Source: a virus (Duplodnaviria > Caudoviricetes). From it: a stretch of 39,454 bases of DNA. The stretch lies in the IMG/VR virus record IMGVR_UViG_3300042879_001567, positions 1 to 39,454 of that record; one strand, written 5' to 3'. The position numbers and the translations under genes are program-made. The notes beneath the pieces are model-generated. The model was not told the DNA's origin and searched no databases. It worked only from the letters and a program-made list of their open reading frames with translations. Below are positions 27,601-35,841 of the stretch, piece after piece. The stretch's first letter is position 1; each line of letters starts with the position of its first letter.

Positions 27601-30600
27601 TCGGTCGGCCTGATCGGCTCGACGTTCTGCGCGATCTGCCGTTCGGTGATCGTGACCTGCGCCCGCACGGCCTCGACCATGCGGCGGAAGTTCTTCTCCA
27701 TCTCCGGCGACCATCGCTCGTTACGAGCCGACGTCAGGATGTCGCCGATGCGGTCGGCCATCGACACGTTCTCGAACCAGTTCTTCTGCGGCGACAGCAC
27801 GGCAAGCATCGCGGCCGCCTGCATGTCCGTGATGCCATACCTAGCAGCAAGCCATTCGGCGATTCGGCGTGCGCCGACGTACCAGAGTTTGGCACGCTCG
27901 ACGAGATCCGGGTCCATGCGCTGGTACAGGTAGTCGAGGTTGTCGGCCACCGCGTCCATGAACTGCTCGAGCTGCTCGCGTGGCGTCTTTGTTTCGTCGA
28001 GCTTGATCGGGATGTTCAGCGCCTTGATCTTGGCGAGGTTGCCGGCGATCAGCTTGTCGTTGTCCTTCATCGTCTCCCAGTCGGCCAGGAGATTTTCGTC
28101 CAGCGCCGCCATCTCCATGCCCTTCGCGGACGGGACGCGAGTGGACATAGCCGCCTGCTCGAACATGTTTGCGGTAGCCGCAGACCACGTTCCACGATTG
28201 TCTACGGCCTTGATTTGATTCGGCTCAAACGCAACGAATGTAGTTCCAACGATTCTCTCGTCTCCATCTGCTCCAACATCCGACACATTCATTGCGATGA
28301 CGCCGTCATATCCATCGCGCTTTGCTTCTTCGACGATTTGATCGATTGGAGGGAACGCCTGGACTTCCTGCCCAGTTTCCTCATCGATATCAATCCCATC
28401 CCAGTTCAGCCCGTTGTAATCCACAACCAACGGACGCTGGATGCTCAGGTACACAGGGATTACGCGACTTCCATATCCACGTGCGCTTTGCTCTTCATCT
28501 GCGAAGTAGAACCCGCTGATATTGCGACCAACATTGGTTCCCGCTCGTGCAGGATCGAATGCCTCAAAGTCTGAAGCATTCGTTCCGTGATACCCGATGA
28601 TTGGCTTTCCGCTAGCAGACGCAACCTTGCTTTCCTTGAACCATGATCGGAACGCTGGCGTGTCCGTCTTGCGCTGCCCAGCCTGATCGAACTGGTCGGC
28701 CTGCTCGAGCGGCGCGACGGGCGCTGCCATTCCCTCGCCGCGGATCTGCAGGCGGCGCATGGCGTACACCTGCTCAGGAGTCATGTTCATCCTGGATGCA
28801 AGCACCACATAGAAGTCGCGCAGGAACATTGCGCTGTCACGTGCCTCTTCAGCGCCAAGCCCGGTCTGCTCGACCTGCGAACGGATGCTGTCCTCGACGG
28901 CCTGCGCCGACTTGACGAACGACTCGTCGCGCTGCTGCATTTCCTGCAGGATCTTCACGGCCTCCTCGCGGGTGCTTTCGCGGTTCCGCATGATTGCCGC
29001 TGCCTCGGCACCGCTCTTCGCGTCCGGGTCCAGCCGCATGTGCGGAATCAGCGAATCTCCGAACTCCGTGCCGGCAAGCGTCGTCGCGAACCTCGCGGTC
29101 GGCATCGTGACGTCGCCTCCGTTCTCGAGCGACTGGCGGATCGACTGCGCCAGCTCCGGGTCGGCTGCGGCGATCTGCTCGATGGTCAGTCCGCTGCGAG
29201 TCATGGCCTCCTGCATGATCGTGCCGTTCACGTAGATCGTGTCGGATTCCACGCGTTCGGCCTGCGACTGCAGGTACCGCTGGAACAGCTCCGGGCTTCG
29301 TGCGCGGAGCTTGTCGTCCTTGGCGGCAGCAGACAGGTTCTGGAAGAACCGCTGCGTCTGGATGGAAGAATCTGCCGACTGCAGGTCAACCATCAGGTTC
29401 GCACCGGGGCCGATGCCGCCGAGCAGGCTCGACGCCAGCGCACCCTGCCCGAACGATTCAATGATCTGCCCGAAGTCCGACTCGAGCGTCCCCTGGTATT
29501 CGATGCCCTCGGCCGCCTTCGCGATTCGGTCGCCGATGATCGACACCGTCTGCTGCAACGCCTCTTCGGTTGCCTCGCCTCCGACCTGCTTCACGTACTC
29601 CTTGCCTGCCGTTGCAAGTGCAGCGCGAACGGTCGGCTTCGCGAGAGCCTGGGCGGTGGCCTCGGCGAATGCCTTCTTCGCCAGAACCTTGAACGGTGAC
29701 GCTGCCAGCTTCAGGCCGGCAAGTTCGATGGCGCCGTTCAGGTAGCCAACGGCGATGGCGGCTGGAATCGCTGTGTCGTCGGACACGCCGTCCCGCCGCA
29801 TGTCGAGATAGGCGTTGCCGCCCTCGACCGCAGCCGTAGACATGACCGTTCCTGCAGCGAAACCGAGCGTGCCGCCGGCGGCGGTGCCGAGGCCAGGAAC
29901 GACGCTGCCGGCGGCTGCGCCTGCTGCCGCAGTCGTTGCCGTCAGTTTGAGCTGCTCGATCTGCTGCGTCACCACCTCGGCGGTCGCGGCAATGAGGCCT
30001 CCGCCCTGCAGCTTCGACATGTCCTCCGCAAGGCGTTCGGCTCGGTCGATGTCCTGCGGCGTCGCCAGTCCGAACTGCGCTTCCGTGCCGATCTTTCCGC
30101 GCTCGACCATCGCCCTGGCGCGTGCGACGCCGCGGACCATGCTCGGACTCCATCCCTGCGTTCGGATCTGCTGAAGTTCCACGAAGAACTCGCCGATCTT
30201 CGCGAGAGTCCCGACGTCGTCCTGCGCCACGGCCGCGAAGTCCGGGTCGGACAGTTCCTTCGCGAGCGTAGGGTTCCTTGCCCACAGGTTCTGCCGCTCG
30301 ACCTCGCGGACACGAGCCTGCCTCTGGAGTTCGTCAAGGTTCCGCAGCACGAACTCACCGCTGACGCCCGTCTCGCGGCCGATCTTCTGCGCGACCGCGG
30401 CCTGGTCAGGATTCACCTTCGTTGCGCCGTAGACGGACGAGGAAAGCTCGCGCTGTCTCGTCTGCTTGATCGCATCCAGCACTGGATCTTCCGTGCCAAC
30501 GGGAGGAAGCTCAATCGTCGGCATCATGCCGACTTCCGGCACGACCTCCATGCCTCGCTCCTGCTTCAGCCTGTCAAGCATCGGGTCAGCACCGACGTTC

Positions 30601-30650
30601 TGTGACGGTGCAAGGTCGGCCATGCGCTCGTTGATGTCCTGCTCGATCAA
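21660..30650 (-). CDS. Giant internal virion/ejection protein (T7 gp16 position), polyvalent type, 2996 aa
   Basis: TTG start after AGGAG. Third of three ejection genes. Contains hydrophobic Ala/Gly helices plus YHGT, KVRNFY..IDTHA and HEAAH domains. Confidence 0.8.
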   Translation of the reverse strand: MIEQDINERMADLAPSQNVGADPMLDRLKQERGMEVVPEVGMMPTIELPPVGTEDPVLDAIKQTRQRELSSSVYGATKVNPDQAAVAQKIGRETGVSGEFVLRNLDELQRQARVREVERQNLWARNPTLAKELSDPDFAAVAQDDVGTLAKIGEFFVELQQIRTQGWSPSMVRGVARARAMVERGKIGTEAQFGLATPQDIDRAERLAEDMSKLQGGGLIAATAEVVTQQIEQLKLTATTAAAGAAAGSVVPGLGTAAGGTLGFAAGTVMSTAAVEGGNAYLDMRRDGVSDDTAIPAAIAVGYLNGAIELAGLKLAASPFKVLAKKAFAEATAQALAKPTVRAALATAGKEYVKQVGGEATEEALQQTVSIIGDRIAKAAEGIEYQGTLESDFGQIIESFGQGALASSLLGGIGPGANLMVDLQSADSSIQTQRFFQNLSAAAKDDKLRARSPELFQRYLQSQAERVESDTIYVNGTIMQEAMTRSGLTIEQIAAADPELAQSIRQSLENGGDVTMPTARFATTLAGTEFGDSLIPHMRLDPDAKSGAEAAAIMRNRESTREEAVKILQEMQQRDESFVKSAQAVEDSIRSQVEQTGLGAEEARDSAMFLRDFYVVLASRMNMTPEQVYAMRRLQIRGEGMAAPVAPLEQADQFDQAGQRKTDTPAFRSWFKESKVASASGKPIIGYHGTNASDFEAFDPARAGTNVGRNISGFYFADEEQSARGYGSRVIPVYLSIQRPLVVDYNGLNWDGIDIDEETGQEVQAFPPIDQIVEEAKRDGYDGVIAMNVSDVGADGDERIVGTTFVAFEPNQIKAVDNRGTWSAATANMFEQAAMSTRVPSAKGMEMAALDENLLADWETMKDNDKLIAGNLAKIKALNIPIKLDETKTPREQLEQFMDAVADNLDYLYQRMDPDLVERAKLWYVGARRIAEWLAARYGITDMQAAAMLAVLSPQKNWFENVSMADRIGDILTSARNERWSPEMEKNFRRMVEAVRAQVTITERQIAQNVEPIRPTEPLVAESDAAFKARKKEFDAKREEMKAAYEADLATWQAQLKEYETELEEKQEAGESTTMLRAEMAAHRRDRPKSPRMPGQQKAETEAQFAERVKQYEDDVVEWQKRTVRLEKMLDGKRKRLAYLDALSSSDRMNAMRNGTLNTVLATRDLELAAMFVRMFDEEHNDRSFAIITPEGGMAGPSMGASGPMSMRWGSYSTIQKAISVFEDGRAENVHHQIGKAHKVRNFYNNIFDPQNVNAATIDTHAIAAAFLSPLSASDEVVGWGLGAGVSDAKLGLHGGYPIIFEAYKRAAAKRGIIAREEQSITWEAIRGLFVAAEKKTLKPIIAEVWAKYMKGEITLEAARDQVFTLSKGIKTPEWVAQPSDLPVGSTYSGRSRELMDAMEPMIRRQMQEATRLMFEIAPDPRNTELTAAWNALTPEARFQISREVASKIIPRVLAEFGISGSFEEQVGGWDGATNMSFALTLPSTTMVRQVSKALRYVLSQESIFSISQEEFVGSERAGLVVIDLQPGTTPAEIADLYENKLYQVTKVGHSTVGSRMIIGLEAGVDSEELARRIDQAVGTDPRIVSIKHGEAWSLNDREPEPAVEGAAADQGRPARADERRRLDAIRGEASRLVNEQLGRYSQAAVGPARGFFDPRSLTATIAKGGDLSTLIHEAAHAFLTIYTQIAQQPDAPAQVKADINELLKWFGIAGATPEARLESWLGMTVEQQRKYHEQFAYSFEIYAWDGKAPSAELRGLFSRFRSYLTRLYKTITETPATIYRREFGRDLPILTNEVRQVMDRMLASEEQIRRYQAVQSMAPHFQTQEEANMDDATWAAYVQMNEEADEQAIADLTKASLAQVGWLRRARARAEREETKDMESRRREVRKEAEAEVRGRLVYRVQGYLRTGMFRDDAGEEIKVDGPHRLSIAGVETVYQGIPTEESVAAIRATGMAVPAILQPDWRKLGTGRGGMLATEGLDPRMVAETFGYPSADTMIRDLVGAKPMKDAIEERTDALMQERYGEMDSPAAREQRIAMAVHNEARARFIAVELRHISRATEPVRVMLEAARIAAEDIIGGKRLKNINPREHEAAEARAARDAANARRAGGNPAAAAQAAYTRAKNAVLAAPREDTPEALLAATEAAEAAGEAARAASMQKSAAEIQRFTDNYGNVNADLLVIRAKRAQLYQNQLAAEARKATAFVDKQVKYLRKVLRAENRKRMGAEYADQIEALLANVNLVAMSAEQRQRMADLGDWLKKMEADGIKPDISEDLAKAAFRVPYKELTLEQFRELVEAVRTIEYMGKHEQKVLLEKQKAKFNEVKEGIIKRTTAVARSKGRDEKIRRSAQTKAGKAAARFRGFFGSTIKAWAIIEILDGGPGGPLWEYMGRTASERANMETEMNAKATERINEILEPWFRGGSMMGGAPMFPSINRSLTREARLAIALNMGNAGNIQRLLDGEGWTMEQLRPVLETLTSEEWDAVQKVWDFMDEYRPLIAEKERRLYGREPNWVEPQELIVRTVDGQTKTLRGGYYPIVYDPVANMTAQKQSEVEQAQEQLRGAYTAATTRRTFTKERAAKVENKPILYSLQGLWSGVTDVIHDLAWHEWLIDANRLLNSADFDSVVRSRYGDQFLIELKRWIEDNATGNRGMMSAGAVASSYLRQNVSVAGLGYSVRGALMQLTGFSNSIVRVGYGPLLRGISVLATNPREAMRRVNSMSKFMEMRSRTQFRELNEIRNRVRGQRGWQRIMQSHAYTMMLSMQRLVDIPTWLAGYENALAAGKDEATASAMADQDVIATQGSGLLKDLSRIEREQGLAKLFTVFYSYFNTVLNLSTVQAMNARSKGKLAHDMLLVLVIPVMVEQVLKEILTPDDDDVEEKDLQKIAAKLTRAEAEYLIGTLPYLREFQGLSGAIDGEMRGYEGPAGLRGIVTSQRFVQQAMQGEFDRGFRRSAVDLLGIGLGLPSAQINRTIDGLEALSEGETENPLSAVMGVQQR

Positions 30651-30674
30651 TGTGGTTGCTCCTGCAGTTCAGTC

Positions 30675-32528
30675 TTATCGCATGCCGAATCCGCCATACG
30701 TCGGAACGAACGCGCTTCCGGCTGCCGGTGGCGCGGCGCTTCGCGTCGGCGCCTGCGCCGGCGCCTGCGCCGTCGTCTCGATGTAGCGGATGATCTCCCG
30801 AAGCGTCGGGTTCGGAAGACCGTTCTCGCGCAGGTACTTGGCCGTCTCCTCGATGCGATTCATCGGGATCGGCTTGTTCCTGAACTTGACGTACCGCTCG
30901 GTGGCGACCTCGACGTCCTGCTCGCTCATCGTCGCTAGCGGCCCGTCAATCGACTTGTCGAACCACCACGGAACGTCGCGCTTGCCCTTCCCGTACACAA
31001 GCACCGCACGGTCCATGACGTCCTGAATCTCCTGACGGTTGAGCTTCCCGCCCTTCATGCGCTGCTGGAAGTCGATATTCATCTTGATGTTGTTGGACAG
31101 CGCCACGAACTCCTTCTTGTCCTGGTTGTTGCTCTTGTCGAGCAAGCCCTCGAGGCCAGCCTCGTACAGCGTGTTCTTCAGCATGTCCGAGTCGTATGAC
31201 GCCTCGATGATCTTGTCGGGCTGCGCCTGCAGCTGCCGGATCTTCGTCCGCAGCTCGAGTGACATCTTCGACCAGTGCTTGCGGACGTACTCCTGGTCGC
31301 CGGCGAGCTTCGGATCGACGGCAAGGTCGTACTCGACGGCGGCGTCGGTTCGGATCGCCTCGTTCCGCAGCACGCGCTCGGCGTCCTTCGGCTTGAGCCG
31401 GCCGAGCATCTCCGGGCTGACAGCGGCACCGGATGCCTGCGCCTGCTCTACGCTGTCCAGAACGGCGTTGTATTCGTCCTGCGCCAGCCTGTCCTCCTGC
31501 GCGTACTGCTGGCGCAGGTTGTTCTGGACGAGCTTCCGCATCTCGACGTCCTCGATACCGTCAGCCGCCTCGAGCGCGTCACGGAGGCTCTCCGGCGGCT
31601 TTCCCGGTCCTTCCTGCTCCGGATAGGCGGTCGGGTCGCTCTTCGCCGACAGGGTGCCTGAATTGCGGATGGACGTCGTCAATTCGTCCATGACCGCCCG
31701 CTCACGGTTGCGGCCGATGCTCGTTGCCATCGCCTCGCGCACCTTCGGGTTGACGGCCTGACGCTCGGCCATGTCGTTCAGGAACGCCTCCGCGCCGGCA
31801 TAGTCCCTCGCCTCGAGGTACTGGTTCACGACCCCCTGCGTGACCTTGTCGTAGACCACCTGCCGAACGGCGTCCATCTGTGCGCTGTCGTCGGCGATCC
31901 CGTTGATCCTTGCCGCGTTCTCGGCCTCCTGCAACGCAACCTGCAGGTTCGCCTCGTAGCCCTTGGTTCCGAACTTGACGCCAGTCATGGGATCGATCTC
32001 GTCGCGCTGCGCGTGCGCCATGATCGCCATGTCAGACCGTGCATCGGCGCGGGCGGCCGACTCGTTCGCCGCATAGACCTTGGACTGCCGCAGGCGGTGC
32101 GTCGTGAGCTGCGCCTCGAACTGCGCGAGGTTACGTGCGGCAACCTGCTCGTACATGGCACGCGACGTCTTCGTCGGCATGCCGTCAACCGGGGCCATCA
32201 ACGCGCTGCGGACGCTGTTCAGCGTGGACTCGTACTGCGCCTCGGCCGCCGCCCCGGAGGTGTTCAGGTACTGCTGCATCAGCGGCGTGGCTGCGCGGAT
32301 TCCGGCAACATCGCCGGCCTTGGCGTTGGCGTCGTCCAGCGCGTCCTGCATGGCGCTACCGATTCGGAACGCCACGTTGCCGGCCTGGATCGACGTCTGT
32401 CCGAGGCGCTCAAGCTGCCGCCCTGTGAAGTCCTCCATCGGCTGCACGCCAGGTGCAATGAAGTTCCCGATGTCGCCGCCCTCCTGCGGGGCGACCTGCG
32501 GCACGAAGGTGGTCGGTACGGTTGGCAC
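30675..32528 (-). CDS. Internal virion/ejection protein (T7 gp15 position)
   Basis: 617 aa, helical, MPTVPT start; gene order nozzle, gp14, gp15, gp16. Confidence 0.65.
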   Translation of the reverse strand: MPTVPTTFVPQVAPQEGGDIGNFIAPGVQPMEDFTGRQLERLGQTSIQAGNVAFRIGSAMQDALDDANAKAGDVAGIRAATPLMQQYLNTSGAAAEAQYESTLNSVRSALMAPVDGMPTKTSRAMYEQVAARNLAQFEAQLTTHRLRQSKVYAANESAARADARSDMAIMAHAQRDEIDPMTGVKFGTKGYEANLQVALQEAENAARINGIADDSAQMDAVRQVVYDKVTQGVVNQYLEARDYAGAEAFLNDMAERQAVNPKVREAMATSIGRNRERAVMDELTTSIRNSGTLSAKSDPTAYPEQEGPGKPPESLRDALEAADGIEDVEMRKLVQNNLRQQYAQEDRLAQDEYNAVLDSVEQAQASGAAVSPEMLGRLKPKDAERVLRNEAIRTDAAVEYDLAVDPKLAGDQEYVRKHWSKMSLELRTKIRQLQAQPDKIIEASYDSDMLKNTLYEAGLEGLLDKSNNQDKKEFVALSNNIKMNIDFQQRMKGGKLNRQEIQDVMDRAVLVYGKGKRDVPWWFDKSIDGPLATMSEQDVEVATERYVKFRNKPIPMNRIEETAKYLRENGLPNPTLREIIRYIETTAQAPAQAPTRSAAPPAAGSAFVPTYGGFGMR

Positions 32529-32531
32529 TGG

Positions 32532-33245
32532 TTACATCCTCTGCGTTGACACGCCGGCAAGGAGTTCCTCGAGGCGACGGTTCCGCGCCCAGGTGCTGCC
32601 GATGTCGGCCGCGCTTCCGAGCAGGCTCGTACCGAGCGCCAGTCCTGGGTAGATCGTCTGCCCGGACGCCTGCAGGTTCTGCGCCGACAGGTCGGCCATG
32701 AGCGCCTGCGTGCCGAGGTTGAATGCCTGCAGCTTGGCCGCCTCCTGCGCCCGGACGGTGGCTGCGCTCATCGAGAGCATGTCCACCTCCTTGATGACGT
32801 CCATGCTGCCGACGACCTCGGCGGCCGTCCCCTGACCAAGCACGGCACCGCGGGCTGCGAGCGAGGCGCGGGCGCCTGCACGCTGCTGGCCCGCTCCGAG
32901 CGTGTAGCGGCCGATCTGCTTCTGCCCCGCCAGCCCGATCTGCGAAGCCGTGAACTGCGCCCCGCGCTGGTTGACGCGGGCCATCTCGGCCGCGAACCGC
33001 TGGTTCTGGGCCTGCATCTGGAGCTGGTTCTTCTGGTTCTGCGCCGAGTAATACGAGCCGATGGCGCTGTTGACAGCGCCGAAGATCGACACGATTGGCC
33101 CGAGCGCGAGCATGCCCTCGGCAAGCCCTGACGTCGCCCCGGTCAGCATCGTCCCCTGCGAACCTCCGGTGTACGTCCAGTTCTGTCCTGGCGTCCAGGT
33201 CGGTCCTGTCGGGCTTGTTGAGAATGGTGCCTGTACCAGTGCCAT
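32532..33245 (-). CDS. Internal virion/ejection protein (T7 gp14 position)
   Basis: 237 aa, Ala/Gln-rich; QRAGARASLAARG. Confidence 0.65.
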   Translation of the reverse strand: MALVQAPFSTSPTGPTWTPGQNWTYTGGSQGTMLTGATSGLAEGMLALGPIVSIFGAVNSAIGSYYSAQNQKNQLQMQAQNQRFAAEMARVNQRGAQFTASQIGLAGQKQIGRYTLGAGQQRAGARASLAARGAVLGQGTAAEVVGSMDVIKEVDMLSMSAATVRAQEAAKLQAFNLGTQALMADLSAQNLQASGQTIYPGLALGTSLLGSAADIGSTWARNRRLEELLAGVSTQRM

Positions 33246-33246
33246 G

Positions 33247-35838
33247 TCAGCCTCCCAGCACGACCTCGAGGGTCATGCCAACGACGGTGAGCGGCAGGGG
33301 ATCGACCTGTCGCAAGTACACCTGCCCGCTCGCCTTCCACGAAGGCGTGAGATCGACGTCAACCTCGTCGGATTTCAGGCCGGGAGGCGAGCCATACGGC
33401 TCGGTCGTTCGCTGCTTGACCTCGACCAGCTTGTCCTCGGTCGGCCCGACGAAGATGCCGCTCGACTTGAACACGCGCAGCCACGCCTTGTTGACGTTCT
33501 TGAAGCGGCCCTGCCCGTATCCGTCCACGTTCATGGTGATCGGTAGCGTCTGCAGGTCGCTCTCGTATGGCAGACCGACATGCACAACCGAGCATGCGCG
33601 CTGGAGCGTGACTGACCCTCCGCTCACCGTCGCCTGCGGAAGCACGGCACCATCGCCGAGGATGCTGACCGTCTTGCCCTCGATGTGATCCAAGCCGGAT
33701 ATGGAATCCCTTGCCCAGGACCATGCCGTCACGGGACTGTTTCGCAGGGGAACCTCGATGACCTTGTCTGCCTTGGCGGTCGCCGCCGTGGTCGATGTTG
33801 TCGAAAGGACGGTCAGCCGGTACTTGGTGCCTGCCGATGACGTGAGGACTATGACGTCGCCGACATCCGACGTCGCAGGAAACGCGAAGATCGGTGAGGA
33901 CGAGGTGATGGTCAGGACGTCGCTCGGACCCCAGCTCGTTCCTCCTGTCACCGTCACGGTCGTGGCTCCGGTGTTCGTGCCGTCGTAGGTCAGCCCGCTG
34001 TCCACGAAGAAGCAGTCCTCGAGGTCGCCGATCTGCCGGCTCGCCATGCGCTCCACGTACCGCTTCGTCACGCCGCCGATGGTGCGCTTGACAACGACGT
34101 ACAGGCGATCCTCCGTACCCTCGGCCACGGCCGTGCATGACTCGAACGTGCCGTCCGTGTCGTGCCAGTGCCATGCACCGATCTGCTGCTCCGGGATGTA
34201 CGTCAGGCCGAGCAGGTATCCCGTCGATGACACGAACCACAGCAGAGGCTGCGGCGACTTGCTGTAGCACATGTCGCTGATGTCGTAGTTGTCGAACAGG
34301 TGCGCGGCGCGCAATGACAGGTCGCCCGTGACGAAGCCGCTGGCCTGCCAGGAGTACCCGAGTTCGCGAACATGGCCTCCGCGTGCCGCGCAGTAGACCA
34401 CCGTGTTGTTGACGATGGACGGCTGCACGTTGCTGGCGCCGATGTACGACTGCGGACGGACGGAGATCGTGGTCGGGGTGATGACGTCGCTGTTGACCGG
34501 GGACACGCGCCATTCCGCTCCGCTGGTGAGCAGCAGGAGCTGCGTGAGCGGGACGATGTGCCGGATCGTGTTCGCCTCCCGCGCAGCGACCCGGAAGTTC
34601 ACCCGGTCGGTGTCCTGCAGCGGGATGTGGTACGACATGTCAGACTCGGTCCCGGTTCGCGTCATCCACAGCGTCTGCGGGGCATTCGTCGTGCCGGCGA
34701 AGATGCGGCGCTGCTCGAAGTACGACACCGCGCCGGGGTAGTTGCCGCTGCTCGAGAACACCGTGTCAACGGTCGGTGGAGAGATCCCCATGTCGGGAGC
34801 GATGTTGTTGTCCACGAACGAGGTTGTCTCGGTCTGGCCGATGTACCCGTAAAGCCCGCTCTGCCGCTTGTAGACGTTGTAGCGAACGGCGTCAGACACG
34901 GCCGACCAGGTAATTGTGTTGTACGCGCCGTTCATCGCCAGATTGTTCGTCGCGTTGCCTGCGCTAGACGGCGGTGTCTCGTCAACGCCGTTCGCAGGGA
35001 TGGCCGTGATGACGTAGTAGTTCGTGAGATCAGCGGTCTGCGTCATCGGCTGGATGATTCCGCCGCTTCCGTACACGCCGCCGGTGAGCGTCGGGGCTAG
35101 CGCGTTCTGCACGGACAGGACGGAGAACGTGTTTCCGCCAGAGCCGTGGAACTTGTCGATGATCCAGAACTTGTTGTTCAGCAGTTCGCCGCCCGTGGGT
35201 GGCGTAGTCCATGTGATTCCGCTGATGTAGATGGTGTCGCCTGCTGAAATTATGACGTCCTTGACATCCGCGCTGACGGTGATGTGACCAGTGCCGACGT
35301 TGATTCCGGTGATGTTCGCGCCGACGCTCTGGGTCGGCGTGACGGTCGGCGCACCCGGCGTGGCGATGTCCGCACCGAACGTGATCGTCGTGAGCGTCCA
35401 GTTCGTCGCCCCTAGCCGCTTCAGCTCACGCGGAGCGTAGTTCGGGTGGACAAGCGTCAGGACATCCGCCGACTGCACGTAGTGGATGTCGAACAGGTCT
35501 GCCTCGGCATACGGGTTCGCGATCTCGTATGGCGAGCCACCGGACAGCAGCGTTGCTCCCTGCGTGTGGAACCGGATGTACCCAGCGCCAAGCTCGATCA
35601 CCATCGTCTGCGTCGTGCTGTACGTGAACGGCAGCAGGCGCACCTTCTTGGTCGAGTCCTTCACCTCGCGCACGAACGCGAAGCCTGCGCGGTTCTCGGC
35701 CGGCCCCTGCGGCATCGCGATGAAGTTCCGCAGCTTGGCCGCCCCCGTCTGGAACTTGGCGTCATCAATTCGGCCGAACATCTCCGGCGATATCTCGCCG
35801 CCCGCGAAGGAACGGAAGTATGAGCGGGTGCTTGCCAT
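33247..35838 (-). CDS. Tail nozzle (tail tubular protein B, T7 gp12-like)
   Basis: SFAGGEISP, PQGPAENRAG, YPGAVSYFEQR, AWHWH, QVDPLPLTV. Confidence 0.9.
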   Translation of the reverse strand: MASTRSYFRSFAGGEISPEMFGRIDDAKFQTGAAKLRNFIAMPQGPAENRAGFAFVREVKDSTKKVRLLPFTYSTTQTMVIELGAGYIRFHTQGATLLSGGSPYEIANPYAEADLFDIHYVQSADVLTLVHPNYAPRELKRLGATNWTLTTITFGADIATPGAPTVTPTQSVGANITGINVGTGHITVSADVKDVIISAGDTIYISGITWTTPPTGGELLNNKFWIIDKFHGSGGNTFSVLSVQNALAPTLTGGVYGSGGIIQPMTQTADLTNYYVITAIPANGVDETPPSSAGNATNNLAMNGAYNTITWSAVSDAVRYNVYKRQSGLYGYIGQTETTSFVDNNIAPDMGISPPTVDTVFSSSGNYPGAVSYFEQRRIFAGTTNAPQTLWMTRTGTESDMSYHIPLQDTDRVNFRVAAREANTIRHIVPLTQLLLLTSGAEWRVSPVNSDVITPTTISVRPQSYIGASNVQPSIVNNTVVYCAARGGHVRELGYSWQASGFVTGDLSLRAAHLFDNYDISDMCYSKSPQPLLWFVSSTGYLLGLTYIPEQQIGAWHWHDTDGTFESCTAVAEGTEDRLYVVVKRTIGGVTKRYVERMASRQIGDLEDCFFVDSGLTYDGTNTGATTVTVTGGTSWGPSDVLTITSSSPIFAFPATSDVGDVIVLTSSAGTKYRLTVLSTTSTTAATAKADKVIEVPLRNSPVTAWSWARDSISGLDHIEGKTVSILGDGAVLPQATVSGGSVTLQRACSVVHVGLPYESDLQTLPITMNVDGYGQGRFKNVNKAWLRVFKSSGIFVGPTEDKLVEVKQRTTEPYGSPPGLKSDEVDVDLTPSWKASGQVYLRQVDPLPLTVVGMTLEVVLGG

Positions 35839-35841
35839 GGT

